DNA from: an uncultured virus (IMG/VR IMGVR_UViG_3300047319_000243)
Lineage: Duplodnaviria > Heunggongvirae > Uroviricota > Caudoviricetes
Length of the DNA: 64,000 bases
Virus record (IMG/VR): IMGVR_UViG_3300047319_000243
Reading direction: 5' to 3' (one strand)
The notes below the pieces were generated by a model. It did no database searches, was not told where the DNA came from, and saw only the letters and a list, made by a program, of their open reading frames with translations. A program made the position numbers and the translations under genes. Position 1 is the stretch's first letter, and each line of letters begins with the position of its first letter. Shown here in pieces: positions 37,888-47,567 of this stretch.

Positions 37888-38664
37888 TCATCGCGTCCAC
37901 GAGAAACCATTCGCGCCGTACGCGATGGAGGTGCCGACGAACATCTTGCGCTTCGCTTCGCGCTTGGCTTGCGTCACCGCATCCTCGAACGCGGCCTTGT
38001 GCTGATCGGCCGAAGTCGGCGCGCCTGCATCAGCGTCGTACGTGCGTTGCGCGCGGTACGCGGCCCACTCCAGCACGTCCAGCTGATAGTCCTCGGGCAG
38101 TTCCGACTCGCGATCGAGGCAGTCGCGGCCATAGCCCGTCATGGGCAGGCGCACGACGCGCAGCGGGACGATCTGCCCGTCCTCGTTGTCCGAGGGGATC
38201 GGATAGACGTTGAACGTGACGCGCGTCTGCCGCGCATACACCAGCGTCTCGTCCGTGAAGTAGGCGAGCGGCGCGCCCGGCGGCAGCATCGAGCTATACG
38301 GGTTCAGCGGATCGAAGAACGTGACCTCGACCGGCGCGGCTTGCGTGACGAGCGCGTGGCCCGAGCGCTGCAGATCGTAGGGCGTTTTCGAGATCGGATC
38401 GGTGTACTGCGCAGACAGCACCCCGATTACCGAAGGGTGCAGCGCGTATTCTTGAACCCCGGACTTCAGGCGCACCTGCGTCGCTTGCGGCGTCGTCGAA
38501 TCCCGCAGGATCAACGACTGGCGCGCGAAGCGGCGTTCGGCGTCCTTGATGTAAAGGAGCAACGTCTCATCCGACCACAACGAATCGCTATCGCCCGCGA
38601 TCAAGTCGCTGCGATCCCGCAATACGTTGAAGCGAAGTTCGTTCAGTTGCTCCCCGAGATTCAT
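37888..38664 (-). CDS. Head-tail adaptor-like protein
   Basis: WSDETLLLYI...VYPIP...LEWAAYRA; position in operon. Confidence 0.7.
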   Translation of the reverse strand: MNLGEQLNELRFNVLRDRSDLIAGDSDSLWSDETLLLYIKDAERRFARQSLILRDSTTPQATQVRLKSGVQEYALHPSVIGVLSAQYTDPISKTPYDLQRSGHALVTQAAPVEVTFFDPLNPYSSMLPPGAPLAYFTDETLVYARQTRVTFNVYPIPSDNEDGQIVPLRVVRLPMTGYGRDCLDRESELPEDYQLDVLEWAAYRAQRTYDADAGAPTSADQHKAAFEDAVTQAKREAKRKMFVGTSIAYGANGFSWTR

Positions 38665-39021
38665 TTACGCTCCGCGCCGGTTGGTGATAACGCGGTACGG
38701 GAAGCGCAGACGATCGCGATAGCCGATGACCGTGTTCATGTTGTCGGTGATCGGCACGGACTTGACGGCGTGATCCAGCACGTCGCAGACCGAGCGCGGC
38801 ACTTCGACCTCGTGACCCGCTTGGATCATGAAGCTTCGTCCGTTCACCTGAATAAATTGGCCACCCGGCGGGATTTCGTCATTGTCCTCGATCAGAATGC
38901 GCACCTTCTCCTCCACGGGAGCGGCCTTTTTCGCGGGCTTCGGTGCCTTCAGGTTGATCGAGGGCATGCCGTCATCGAGCGCACTGCCGAGGTTGTCGCC
39001 GAGTTCGTCGTGCTTGGTCAT
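38665..39021 (-). CDS. Conserved phage hypothetical protein
   Basis: IQVNGRSFMI..G.EVEVP. Confidence 0.75.
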   Translation of the reverse strand: MTKHDELGDNLGSALDDGMPSINLKAPKPAKKAAPVEEKVRILIEDNDEIPPGGQFIQVNGRSFMIQAGHEVEVPRSVCDVLDHAVKSVPITDNMNTVIGYRDRLRFPYRVITNRRGA

Positions 39022-39266
39022 GGTTTTGTCGCCTGTTTGAACGCGTCTGCATACTCGTCATCAGGCCCCGGAGGGGGCTTGAGTTGATCGAGGTGGAGAC
39101 CGACGAAGGTTTTCACTTCCTCGGCCGTCGTGAATGCGTAACCCTTCCACGGGTCTTGATACTCAGACTTCGGCTTGCGGTTGCTTTCCGTGATCTTCGG
39201 ATCACAGATTTCCACTTCGTAGCCGTTCGTCAGTTTCTCGATCCGCAGTACGGTATCGCCCATCAC
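39018..39266 (-). CDS. Hypothetical protein
   Basis: RBS; coupled to the next gene. Confidence 0.7.
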   Translation of the reverse strand: MMGDTVLRIEKLTNGYEVEICDPKITESNRKPKSEYQDPWKGYAFTTAEEVKTFVGLHLDQLKPPPGPDDEYADAFKQATKP

Positions 39267-39280
39267 GGGTTTTCCTTCGA

Positions 39281-39317
39281 ATAAAAAGAGCCGGGCGCCA
39301 CGGGTGAGCGCCCGGCT
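39281..39317 (-). terminator. Rho-independent terminator
   Basis: AGCCGGGCGC/GCGCCCGGCT stem followed by CTTTTTAT on the minus strand. Confidence 0.75.
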
Positions 39318-39337
39318 AAGGCGCTGAGGCTAAGACG

Positions 39338-39733
39338 TTAAGCCTGTGCTTGATACACGTACGTCGCCGATGCGTCGAACGCGCCGGCCGGGATCAGAAC
39401 GGCGTTCAGGTTGCCCTGATTCGGCGTCGAACCCTTGACGGTCGGGCCAAGCGTCGAGCTGATCGACTTCGAGGCGGCCGAGCCGGAACCGGAGGCCAGC
39501 GTCGTGACGAGCGCTGCGGCGTCAGCCATGCCGTCGAACCACTCGATCTCACGACCGACGTTGTTCGCAACCGAACTGGCGATGCACACCAGACGGAAGT
39601 AGCGCGGCACGAAGCCGAGCGGCAGGGAGAAGGCGGCCGGCGTGCCAGCGTCGCCCACGAGCATGCCCGTGGAGAAGTTGACGACCGATTCCGACAGGCC
39701 CGTGGTGGGCTGCGAGATAACTTGGTTAGGCAT
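39338..39733 (-). CDS. Putative capsid decoration/minor capsid protein
   Basis: Directly after the MCP; LGFVPRY...EWFDGM motif. Confidence 0.7.
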   Translation of the reverse strand: MPNQVISQPTTGLSESVVNFSTGMLVGDAGTPAAFSLPLGFVPRYFRLVCIASSVANNVGREIEWFDGMADAAALVTTLASGSGSAASKSISSTLGPTVKGSTPNQGNLNAVLIPAGAFDASATYVYQAQA

Positions 39734-39761
39734 GGAGTGCTCCTAAATGATGTTCGTAAGC

Positions 39762-39781
39762 GAGGCCCCCGAAGGGGCCTC
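39762..39781 (-). other. GC-rich UUCG hairpin after the MCP (mRNA stabiliser or weak terminator)
   Basis: GAGGCCCC-TTCG-GGGGCCTC on the minus strand, no U-tract. Confidence 0.6.
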
Positions 39782-39786
39782 AGCTA

Positions 39787-40824
39787 TTAGGCCGTTGCGC
39801 AGACTTCGAGGCGCGCCATATACGCGTCATTCAGGATCACGCAGGCGGTCATGGCCTTCCAGCCGATCGTGCCACGTTGCGCCAAAGGATCGGACACCGA
39901 AGGACTCGGGTTAACGACCATCGGGGTCAGCGAATCCTTACCCTTCAGCGGAACGATACCGAACGCGTCGCGCGCGAGGTACAGGACCGGGTACACGTCG
40001 GCGTTCGTGCCGCTCGTCGAGCGCATCGCGCCAGCTGCGCCGCCTGCGTCGGTCCACGGTGCGAACACCGTCGACTGCAGGTAGCGAACCTGTTCAACCG
40101 AGCCGATCTCGTTTTCCCACGGCGTCACGGTGCCGTATTGCTTCGGGTTCACGTAGCCGGTCATGTTGCGGATGTCGGATTCGAGGTCCGGGTGCGTGAT
40201 GGCCACGTACGCAGCTTCGATCGGTTCCGTGCGGAAGTCCGCGGTCGACTTCACGACTTGCGTGATGCGCTTCGCGTTCTGGCGCGTGAGGGCCGTGGTG
40301 ATCTTGCGCTGCGTCGCGAGCGACATCGTGGTGTTGACTTGCGAACGGGCGGTGCCGTTGGCGTACCACACGTTGACGCCTGCCTTCAGGACGTTGAAGC
40401 GGATCGCTTCGATCGTCTGCGCTGCCGATTCGCCCAGCGCTTCGGTCGCTTGCGCGAGAACCTGATCTTCAGCCGTGTCGCGCACGACATCGGTGATCGT
40501 GAGGTAGTCGCCGTACTGGACGAGCGTCACGGTGTAGTCGACGTTCGCCAGCTTCTTGCCGGTGGGCGTCACACCTTCGACCAGCGGATTGATCGCCAGC
40601 GGCGTGCTGAAAGCGTTCGCCGGGTTGCCGTCACCCGCTGCGCCGGTTGCGCCAGCGAGGAAGTAACGACGGAACTTGGCGATCTTCGTCGAGTTCGTCG
40701 GGATCGGGTAGGTCTGGCCGAACTTCTCGATCACGAGATACGGCAGGCCACGCTTGAGCAGTTGCGAGACAGCATAGGCTGCAACTCGCGGGGAAATGTC
40801 ACCATATTGGGTAACTGCGGCCAT
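39787..40824 (-). CDS. Major capsid protein, N4-gp56 family
   Basis: EGVTP, QYGD...ITD, EIGSV..VR, DPLAQRGTIGWK. Confidence 0.92.
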   Translation of the reverse strand: MAAVTQYGDISPRVAAYAVSQLLKRGLPYLVIEKFGQTYPIPTNSTKIAKFRRYFLAGATGAAGDGNPANAFSTPLAINPLVEGVTPTGKKLANVDYTVTLVQYGDYLTITDVVRDTAEDQVLAQATEALGESAAQTIEAIRFNVLKAGVNVWYANGTARSQVNTTMSLATQRKITTALTRQNAKRITQVVKSTADFRTEPIEAAYVAITHPDLESDIRNMTGYVNPKQYGTVTPWENEIGSVEQVRYLQSTVFAPWTDAGGAAGAMRSTSGTNADVYPVLYLARDAFGIVPLKGKDSLTPMVVNPSPSVSDPLAQRGTIGWKAMTACVILNDAYMARLEVCATA

Positions 40825-40946
40825 GGTCGGCTCCTAAAAAGGCAAGATTTATTCTGGAATCCTGACTTTGCAGTGCCAGCCACAACCCGCTTGTATGGGC
40901 GTCTCGCAGTGCTCAGTACAACAGACGAAACTATAGTGCGCGATTT

Positions 40947-41186
40947 TTACACGTTCGCGATCGAAAGCGCAATGGTTTTGAACGGCAAAGACACCGCGCG
41001 CGACTCGATACTGACGCGCGTGGCGGTCGAGGCGAGCAGTTCGCGGCAAATGTCCTTCTCCGCGAGGCCCATATTCGTCGCGTTGATGTCGATCGCCGTG
41101 GCCGCGCCGTCGTTGATCTTTTGCAGCAGATTGCGCACGTTCTGATCGAGGGCAGCGCCCTGAATAGCTTGGTCGGTGATCGACAT
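40947..41186 (-). CDS. Hypothetical protein
   Basis: AAGGAG RBS; 79 aa between scaffold and MCP. Confidence 0.65.
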   Translation of the reverse strand: MSITDQAIQGAALDQNVRNLLQKINDGAATAIDINATNMGLAEKDICRELLASTATRVSIESRAVSLPFKTIALSIANV

Positions 41187-41195
41187 CGTTTCTCC

Positions 41196-42167
41196 TTAGT
41201 CTTTCTTCGCGGCGAATTCCGCGAAAGCGGCATCAAAATCGTCGGGGTCGGCGGCGCTCACCGGCTCGCTGCGGCTCGTCTTGACCACCTTCAGGGCAGC
41301 AGCAGCGGCGGCAGCGGCCGGCGCGAGTGCACGAGCAGCGGGGGCAGGGGCTGCGGGGGCTGCGGCAGCAGGAGCAGCAGGAGCAGCAGGAGCAGCGGCA
41401 GGAGCAGACGGCGCATAGTTCGTCTCTTTCTTGAAACGCGTGATCAGATCGGCCACATCGCTCGGCGAGCCTTGTGCTGCAACCTGTTGATAGGCAGATT
41501 TCAGATATGCCGGTTGGCTGTCGATCCACGCCAGCGTCGCGTCGCGCACCTGATCATAGTCAGGCACCAGTTCCACGATGTCGCTGTACTGGTTGCGCGT
41601 CGTCGTGCGCTGCACGCCGGACTCCAGCGCTTGCAGGCGCGGGCCAAGCTGGGAATAGATGTGGTTGAGCAGCTGGTGATACTCGGCGCGGCGCATCAGG
41701 CGCTCACCGTTCATCACGTCCGGCCACTCTTTCGCGTACGCGTCGATCGCCGCCTGCTCGTCGCCGCTGTACACCGGGGTCTCAGGCGCGGCCGGTTCAG
41801 CGGCCGGAGCGGGCGCGGCGGGCGCGGCGGCAGGCGCGGGGGCCTTCTTCAGTTCTGCGATCTGCGCGTTGAGCGCGGCGATCTGCGCGGCGTGGTCCGG
41901 GGCGGCGGGCGCGGCGGGCGCGGCGGGTTCAGCCGGGGCGGCCGGTTCAGCGGGCGCGGCCGGTTCAGCGGGCGCGGCGGGCGCGGCCGGCTCTGCGGGT
42001 ACATCAGCAACTGCGCCAGTCGGTTCCGGCGTGGCTACCGCGGACGGGGACGCTTCAGCCGATTCAGGCGCGGCCGGCGCAGCTGCAGATGTCGGGGCCG
42101 ATTCGGGGGTCTGCAGTTCCGCAAATGCGGCGGCAAACTCGTCATCGGGAATAGTGTTCTGTGTCAT
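41196..42167 (-). CDS. Capsid scaffolding protein (putative)
   Basis: Pro/Ala-rich; DDFDAAFAEFA end; between portal and MCP. Confidence 0.75.
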   Translation of the reverse strand: MTQNTIPDDEFAAAFAELQTPESAPTSAAAPAAPESAEASPSAVATPEPTGAVADVPAEPAAPAAPAEPAAPAEPAAPAEPAAPAAPAAPDHAAQIAALNAQIAELKKAPAPAAAPAAPAPAAEPAAPETPVYSGDEQAAIDAYAKEWPDVMNGERLMRRAEYHQLLNHIYSQLGPRLQALESGVQRTTTRNQYSDIVELVPDYDQVRDATLAWIDSQPAYLKSAYQQVAAQGSPSDVADLITRFKKETNYAPSAPAAAPAAPAAPAAAAPAAPAPAARALAPAAAAAAAALKVVKTSRSEPVSAADPDDFDAAFAEFAAKKD

Positions 42168-42197
42168 GTCGCTTTCTACGCAAGTTGGTTAATAAAG

Positions 42198-42449
42198 TCA
42201 AGCCATCCTAACGAATAGCTCGTCAATAAGTTGCTCATACAGCTGCGCTCGGGCCTGCGCCGCCGGCAGGTCCGCCTGCTGGCATCGCCGCAGCGAATTG
42301 TCCGATTGGGTCAGCCGCAGCTGCAAGAGCTGACGCATTGCCCATAGACCCGTCTCCTGCCGGTGCAGGCGAACCGACTGCACCAGTTCCTGCTCCTGCT
42401 GCCGGCGCGCCTGCACCTCCCGTGGCTGCGCCGCCTTCGCTTGATTCAT
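42198..42449 (-). CDS. Small helical protein overlapping the portal 3' end
   Basis: 83 aa; GGGGG/AGG RBS-like upstream; usual slot after the portal. Confidence 0.55.
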   Translation of the reverse strand: MNQAKAAQPREVQARRQQEQELVQSVRLHRQETGLWAMRQLLQLRLTQSDNSLRRCQQADLPAAQARAQLYEQLIDELFVRMA

Positions 42450-44553
42450 CCTGTGCCCCCATCATGGCGTGCGGACTCAACTGATCGGGGTTGAGTCCCT
42501 TTTGCAAAGCGTCGAGGATGACGTTCGCCGTGGTCGCCTCGGCCGCCGCGCTGTTCTTGCCGGCTTGCGACAAGTCCTTGAGCGCTGCCGCGAGGGTCTG
42601 GCGGATCGTCGCCTGCGTCATTTCCTGCTGCTGCTGCTGCGTCATCTGCGCCTGCTGCTGCGTCTGCTGATCGATCTGATCGCACTTCTCGTCGTCGAAC
42701 ACCAAGTCCTCGACTTGTAGATCACGCACGCGCACGCGGGCACGCGCGAGGTTGCGCATGTTCACGTACTTCTTTTCCTCGTCCGTGAGCGTCGTCGCGA
42801 AGTTGTCCAGCTGCAGGCCCAGCACTTCCTTCGCGATCAGGCTCGTCGCGCCACGCGCGACCGGCTTGAAGTCACCGCGAATCGCCGGATTCGGGTTGAA
42901 ATTCCGGTTGAATACGAGCAGCGACGCGATCACGGACTCCGTGAAAACGTCGAAATTGCGCACCACGTCCTTGAACGGCAGGGCGGCATCGCCGCGCAGC
43001 ATCGAGGCACCGGTGGCCGTACGGAACGGCTCAGAGGGCCCTTTCTGCATGTCGCCGCCGGTCCCCGCGCTCACGAACGTCTCCTGATCGGCGAAGTCCG
43101 AGAACATGCGCGCGAGGCCCTGCATCTTGTCGATGTTCATCGGCAACTCGATCGGCCGCACCGCCGGATACTGGGCCGTCGCCGGGTTGTCGTCATCGCG
43201 CTGGATCACCATGTCCGGATTGATCGTCGTGATGTCCTGATCGAGACGCAGCAAGGCGTTGTTGACCTCGAAAATGCGCTGCACCGCGCCGTTGTCGAGC
43301 GCCATGCGCACCGCCGCGCACACGCCCAACTGCGAGTCGCGCATGATCGCGGGCAGGCCGTTGCCGAGCAGGAACGACTCGTCCTCTTCGAAAATGAAGT
43401 GGTGGTACATGCGCACCGTTTCGCCCGTGCCGTCCGTGTCGAGATCGCTCCACGGGTCCAGCTGCGCCTTCACGACGTAGTTCTCCATGATCCACACGAT
43501 CGCGCGCAAGTCTTCCTGCAACTTGTTGTCAGGAACATTCACGCCGCACGCGGCAAGCTCCGCGCCGGAGACGAAGCCCGTCCACACCAGCGCCTCGAAC
43601 TTGTTGACCTCGCCGGTCTCGGCGGTGTTCAGCTGCACGCCCATCGCGCGCAGTTCGGTCTCGAACGCGCGGCGCTTGTAATTGCCGGTCGGGCGGTCGC
43701 GCAAAAACGCGTTGATCTGCGGCGCGAGGAAGTCGCTGCGCTTTTTCAACTCGATGACTTGGTGCTTGCTCATCACCACGCGCTCGAACTGGCCGTCCAT
43801 CTGGTCGAGGTGCTTGGCGCTCATGTCGGGGTAATAGTCCCACAAGCTCACCCACTCGAAGCACGGCCGATAGGCGGTGTACGGCACCGCGATCAGCTGC
43901 CCTTGCGCCGACATTTCCCACTTGCGCAGCTGTTCCTCGCGCGTGAACGGCCCCTTGAGCACGCCCGCGCCGTATTGGATGCCACTTGCCAACACCTTGC
44001 GGCACAGCGCCACGTAGTCGAGCAGGCGGGTGCCGCCAAGCTCCTGCAGCTGATCCTCGATTTCGAGTTCCATGCGATCGGCGCGCTTCTTCGCGAACTC
44101 GCGGATCGCCGCCTCGATCACCTCGTCGTCGGGCTGCTGCGGCTGGCCGGTCATGCCGCCTTGGCCCTGCTGGTCGGCCATCACCTTGTCCAGAACCGTC
44201 TGCAGATCGGCTTGTTCGAGGTTCGGCACGGCCGAGGCCGCCACCGTCCAGTTCTTGTCGTCCGCCTGAAACAACAAATTCATCAGCCGGGAGAGCATCG
44301 ACACGCACTTCACCCGGGTGAGCTTCGGGTAGGCGTGCGAACGGTTCTTGTCGATGCTTTTCTCGGTGTCCGGGTCGTAAATGCCGAGAAATTGGCGCGC
44401 ATTACGCTCCCATTTCAACTCGGCGAGCCGGCGGTCGCTCTCATATCGGCGAAAACGCGAGTGAAGCTCTGCGCCGAGCCGACGCATGCCCTCGGGATCG
44501 ATTTTCACGGTGCCCGCGGTGGCGGCGGCAGTCGGATCAGCAGCAGATGTCAT
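42235..44553 (-). CDS. Portal protein
   Basis: 772 aa after terL; G.GVLKGP, DYYPD, G.GLP..MRD.Q, TATGASML, Q-rich C-terminus. Confidence 0.88.
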   Translation of the reverse strand: MTSAADPTAAATAGTVKIDPEGMRRLGAELHSRFRRYESDRRLAELKWERNARQFLGIYDPDTEKSIDKNRSHAYPKLTRVKCVSMLSRLMNLLFQADDKNWTVAASAVPNLEQADLQTVLDKVMADQQGQGGMTGQPQQPDDEVIEAAIREFAKKRADRMELEIEDQLQELGGTRLLDYVALCRKVLASGIQYGAGVLKGPFTREEQLRKWEMSAQGQLIAVPYTAYRPCFEWVSLWDYYPDMSAKHLDQMDGQFERVVMSKHQVIELKKRSDFLAPQINAFLRDRPTGNYKRRAFETELRAMGVQLNTAETGEVNKFEALVWTGFVSGAELAACGVNVPDNKLQEDLRAIVWIMENYVVKAQLDPWSDLDTDGTGETVRMYHHFIFEEDESFLLGNGLPAIMRDSQLGVCAAVRMALDNGAVQRIFEVNNALLRLDQDITTINPDMVIQRDDDNPATAQYPAVRPIELPMNIDKMQGLARMFSDFADQETFVSAGTGGDMQKGPSEPFRTATGASMLRGDAALPFKDVVRNFDVFTESVIASLLVFNRNFNPNPAIRGDFKPVARGATSLIAKEVLGLQLDNFATTLTDEEKKYVNMRNLARARVRVRDLQVEDLVFDDEKCDQIDQQTQQQAQMTQQQQQEMTQATIRQTLAAALKDLSQAGKNSAAAEATTANVILDALQKGLNPDQLSPHAMMGAQDESSEGGAATGGAGAPAAGAGTGAVGSPAPAGDGSMGNASALAAAADPIGQFAAAMPAGGPAGGAGPSAAV

Positions 44554-44580
44554 GGAGTCCTCACTAATTTGGCCGTGAGT

Positions 44581-46017
44581 CTATCGCATGGCGTAACTAT
44601 TGCCCACATTTCGACGCCCATATCGCTGTTTTTGCACCAGTTTCCGCCCCGCGTGATCCTCGCCCTTCTTCGCATGCCGGCACAGGTACGTGAAAGCGTC
44701 CGCGATGTTCGAATGCACGTTCTTATCCGGGATGTCGCGCTGCACATCGGACTTGCTGATCGTGTATTTGTACCCGCCGGTCAGCGCGCGGATCAATTTC
44801 GTGCACGACGGGTCGATTTCGAGGCCGGGGCCGTCGCCGGTCAACCGCATCATGTAATACATGGCCGGATCGAGCCGCGAGTCGATCGAATTGTCAGGGT
44901 TGTAGACCACCGGGAAGTGCTTTTTCAACTCGTTGATCACGCTCGAACCCTGCTTGGCCTGCGACGAGTTGACCGATGACGGGTCGGGGATCACCAGCAC
45001 CTCATAACCGCGATACTTCACGGCCAGTTTCGGCCGCAGCTTCTCGGCGATGAACCGGTCGGTGGCGAAGTCGTCGAGCGCGAACTCGTCCAGAATCCGC
45101 ACTTTGCCCACCGTGTCGTCGTACTGGCCGATGCAGCAGCCCATGCGCTTGCCCGGATCGTATGCGATCAGCAGCTGGCGCGCGGGGTTCGCGGCGAGCG
45201 GGCGCTTGGCGATGTGGATGTCGCGATTGAACATCGGAAACACCGGCTTGCCGGACATCGAATAGCCCCACTCGACCTCGATGAACTGCTTGACCCAGTG
45301 GATCGTCTTGCCCTTGGCCAAGTTCGTGTAGTAGTCACGCTTGCCCGGCAGGTTCTCGGTGTTCTCGGCCTTGTCGCTGAAGCCAGACGGCTGTTTGAAG
45401 TAGGTCCAGTTGTCAGGCACGGGCTGTTCCGGCGGCAGCGCGTCGTGATCCTCCAGCATCGGATACCACCAGTCGGTCTCCATGCCCGGATTCGACGCGC
45501 CCCACATGCCCCAGTTCGTCGCGCCCCCGTCGATCTCAGGCGGATAGCGCCCGCAGCGCGCGGAGAGCGCTTCCACAATCTCTTGAGGGATTTGCACGAA
45601 CTCGTCGATGATGGCGAAGGTCACTTCGAGCGAGAGCACGCGGTTCACGTCGTCGGGCGTATCGAGCGGGCGGAACATCACCTCGCACTCCACGTCGCCG
45701 AAGCGCAAAATGAAGTCGCTCGTGGTCGCCTTCCACTTGCCGGCCTGCCCGTCTTTGAACCAGTAGTTGAAGCTCTTGATCGTCGTGTCGCGCAGCTGCG
45801 GCATCGTCGAGCGCACGATCACGCACCGCGAGCGGCGGATGCCGTCGATCGGCGAGGGCGCTTGCAGGCCCGCCATGTAGATGAGCTTGAAAAAGATCGC
45901 GGTCGTTTTCCCCGAGCCGACCGGGCCGATGATCCAGTCCAGAAATAGCTCTGACTCTTTGTAGTGCTTAATAAAGTCGCGGCCTGTCGGCGGCGGGGAG
46001 TATTCGACTGACGCCAT
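44581..46017 (-). CDS. terL: Terminase large subunit
   Basis: GPVGSGKT Walker A, IIDE Walker B, SNP, C-terminal nuclease (YDPG, NIADAFTY). Confidence 0.92.
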   Translation of the reverse strand: MASVEYSPPPTGRDFIKHYKESELFLDWIIGPVGSGKTTAIFFKLIYMAGLQAPSPIDGIRRSRCVIVRSTMPQLRDTTIKSFNYWFKDGQAGKWKATTSDFILRFGDVECEVMFRPLDTPDDVNRVLSLEVTFAIIDEFVQIPQEIVEALSARCGRYPPEIDGGATNWGMWGASNPGMETDWWYPMLEDHDALPPEQPVPDNWTYFKQPSGFSDKAENTENLPGKRDYYTNLAKGKTIHWVKQFIEVEWGYSMSGKPVFPMFNRDIHIAKRPLAANPARQLLIAYDPGKRMGCCIGQYDDTVGKVRILDEFALDDFATDRFIAEKLRPKLAVKYRGYEVLVIPDPSSVNSSQAKQGSSVINELKKHFPVVYNPDNSIDSRLDPAMYYMMRLTGDGPGLEIDPSCTKLIRALTGGYKYTISKSDVQRDIPDKNVHSNIADAFTYLCRHAKKGEDHAGRKLVQKQRYGRRNVGNSYAMR

Positions 46018-46020
46018 GTA

Positions 46021-46140
46021 TTACCCGAGAAGAGAGCGAACGAGGATGACGGTGAGTGCGCCGGCCACGAAGCCGGAGATCGCGCACAAGCCGACTACCA
46101 GTCTCAGTGCGCCGGACAGTTGTTCTTCAGTGACGTTCAC
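46021..46140 (-). CDS. 39-aa membrane peptide
   Basis: GTG start coupled to the upstream stop; MNVTEEQLSGALRLVVGLCAISGFVAGALTVILVRSLLG. Confidence 0.5.
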   Translation of the reverse strand: MNVTEEQLSGALRLVVGLCAISGFVAGALTVILVRSLLG

Positions 46141-46622
46141 GCTGCAGCCCTTGCCATTTTGTTGTGGAGTTCGATCGCGATCGAGGCGGCCTGCACCAAG
46201 TCGCTCGCGTAGCGAATCGTCATCATGCGGGCCTCGGCTTTCATCAGGGCCACGCTCTCACGGGCGCGCGTCACGTCCATCTGACACAGGTCGGCCCCGT
46301 CCTCCAGCAGCTGCATCAGGTCGCGCAGGCCCTCGGACATGACCGGGCGCTGCCACCGCTGGGCGTGCATGTCGAAGCTGTCGCACAGCCCCTCCAACGA
46401 CGGCTTGATGGGATACGTGCAGCCATCCATGAAGTGCTTGAAGCAGGGCACCTCCACGCCGTCGTCGACCATCACCAGCACTTCCTCGTTCACGTCGAGT
46501 TCGGTCAGGATGTGGTCGATGGGCGCGAAAACGGAGTGCAGTCGCCACGGCTCGTGACGCAGCAGCTTGCCGCCGCGGTCCCACCCTTGGGGGCGCTTTT
46601 TGGGTTTCTTGGTAGCGGGCAT
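46137..46622 (-). CDS. Hypothetical protein
   Basis: 161-aa ORF in operon. Confidence 0.7.
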   Translation of the reverse strand: MPATKKPKKRPQGWDRGGKLLRHEPWRLHSVFAPIDHILTELDVNEEVLVMVDDGVEVPCFKHFMDGCTYPIKPSLEGLCDSFDMHAQRWQRPVMSEGLRDLMQLLEDGADLCQMDVTRARESVALMKAEARMMTIRYASDLVQAASIAIELHNKMARAAA

Positions 46623-46624
46623 GA

Positions 46625-46816
46625 TTACCAGTTCTGCAAACGGTGCACGAGGATGCTAGCCAGTTGGTCCATGACCTCGTATTGCTGTGCCAAAAGCTGT
46701 TGCTGGATAGGCTTCACCATCGCCAGCTTGTCCGAACACAGGAACGCGTGAAGCTTGCCGATGCGATCCTCCAGATCGGCCAGTTCCTGCTCGACTCGTT
46801 GTTTTGCGTCACTCAT
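46625..46816 (-). CDS. crAss001_48-related / T4 DenB.1-like helical protein (candidate immune-signal sponge)
   Basis: QRV..E..DL..RI.KL..FL.S........Q..LL..Q...M......L..R; start at MSDAK. Confidence 0.7.
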   Translation of the reverse strand: MSDAKQRVEQELADLEDRIGKLHAFLCSDKLAMVKPIQQQLLAQQYEVMDQLASILVHRLQNW

Positions 46817-47040
46817 TGGAAAACCTCGTCCGGGCCGGGCAACGCGTCGCACGGCACCACCATCAGTTGCACGGAGCCGTCAGGACGGCCCCCGATCACG
46901 ACTCGGCGCGTGCGAAGCGCCGCGCCGACCGCCAATTCTTCCGCGTTGGTGATCACGACCTCATCGATCCCCAGCTTGTACATCAGAATGGCCACGATCC
47001 GGGCGTCGGACTCGGAGTCGTGTTGGAGGACGCGAATCAT
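46813..47040 (-). CDS. Hypothetical protein
   Basis: Start at MIRVLQ; coupled to neighbours. Confidence 0.6.
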   Translation of the reverse strand: MIRVLQHDSESDARIVAILMYKLGIDEVVITNAEELAVGAALRTRRVVIGGRPDGSVQLMVVPCDALPGPDEVFQ

Positions 47041-47041
47041 A

Positions 47042-47182
47042 TCAGTGCTCGTAGAAGCCCGAGAGGTCATCCTCGGCCGCCGCCTCCCGAATAGCCTCAC
47101 CGAGATCGCGCAGGCCGCTGCCGATGAACCAGCAGCCGATGACGATGCACATACCGATCCAAAACACGCCGAAGTCGCTCAT
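47042..47182 (-). CDS. 46-aa membrane peptide
   Basis: TGATG-coupled; MSDFGVFWIGMCIVIGCWFIGSGLRDL... Confidence 0.55.
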   Translation of the reverse strand: MSDFGVFWIGMCIVIGCWFIGSGLRDLGEAIREAAAEDDLSGFYEH

Positions 47183-47565
47183 CACAGTTCATCCCCCACG
47201 ACGTTGAGGAATGTCTCGGCGTCGCGGTGCTCGCGCGCCTCGCGGTGCAGCGCTTCTTTCAGCTGATACCCGAGCAGGGGCCACAGCTGCTCGATCGCAT
47301 GCTCGCGGGCCAGATCACGGCCGACCGACGCCTCGAACATCGCCGGGTGCGCGCAGCAGCTGGTGCCGACGATCTTGAACCCGTTCTTGAGCACCATGAC
47401 GCAGATCGTGACGAGCGCCAGTTCGGCGTCGTCCTCGTGGGCGTGGCCCATCCAGCGTGCGCCGTCGTGCATCGCGCCTTGCGCGGCGGTGAAGTAGTAC
47501 GTCCGGTCGATTGCCGCCTCGATGTCGGACGGTTTGACGCGCGGCACGCTGTTCTGCTGATCCAT
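47182..47565 (-). CDS. N4 Gp49/Sf6 gp66-family protein (candidate Acb4-like sponge)
   Basis: PRV...DIEA.I....YFT...TICV..LKNGF...G.S.C.....F....G...A...A...LW.L.GY.LK. Confidence 0.8.
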   Translation of the reverse strand: MDQQNSVPRVKPSDIEAAIDRTYYFTAAQGAMHDGARWMGHAHEDDAELALVTICVMVLKNGFKIVGTSCCAHPAMFEASVGRDLAREHAIEQLWPLLGYQLKEALHREAREHRDAETFLNVVGDEL

Positions 47566-47567
47566 GC

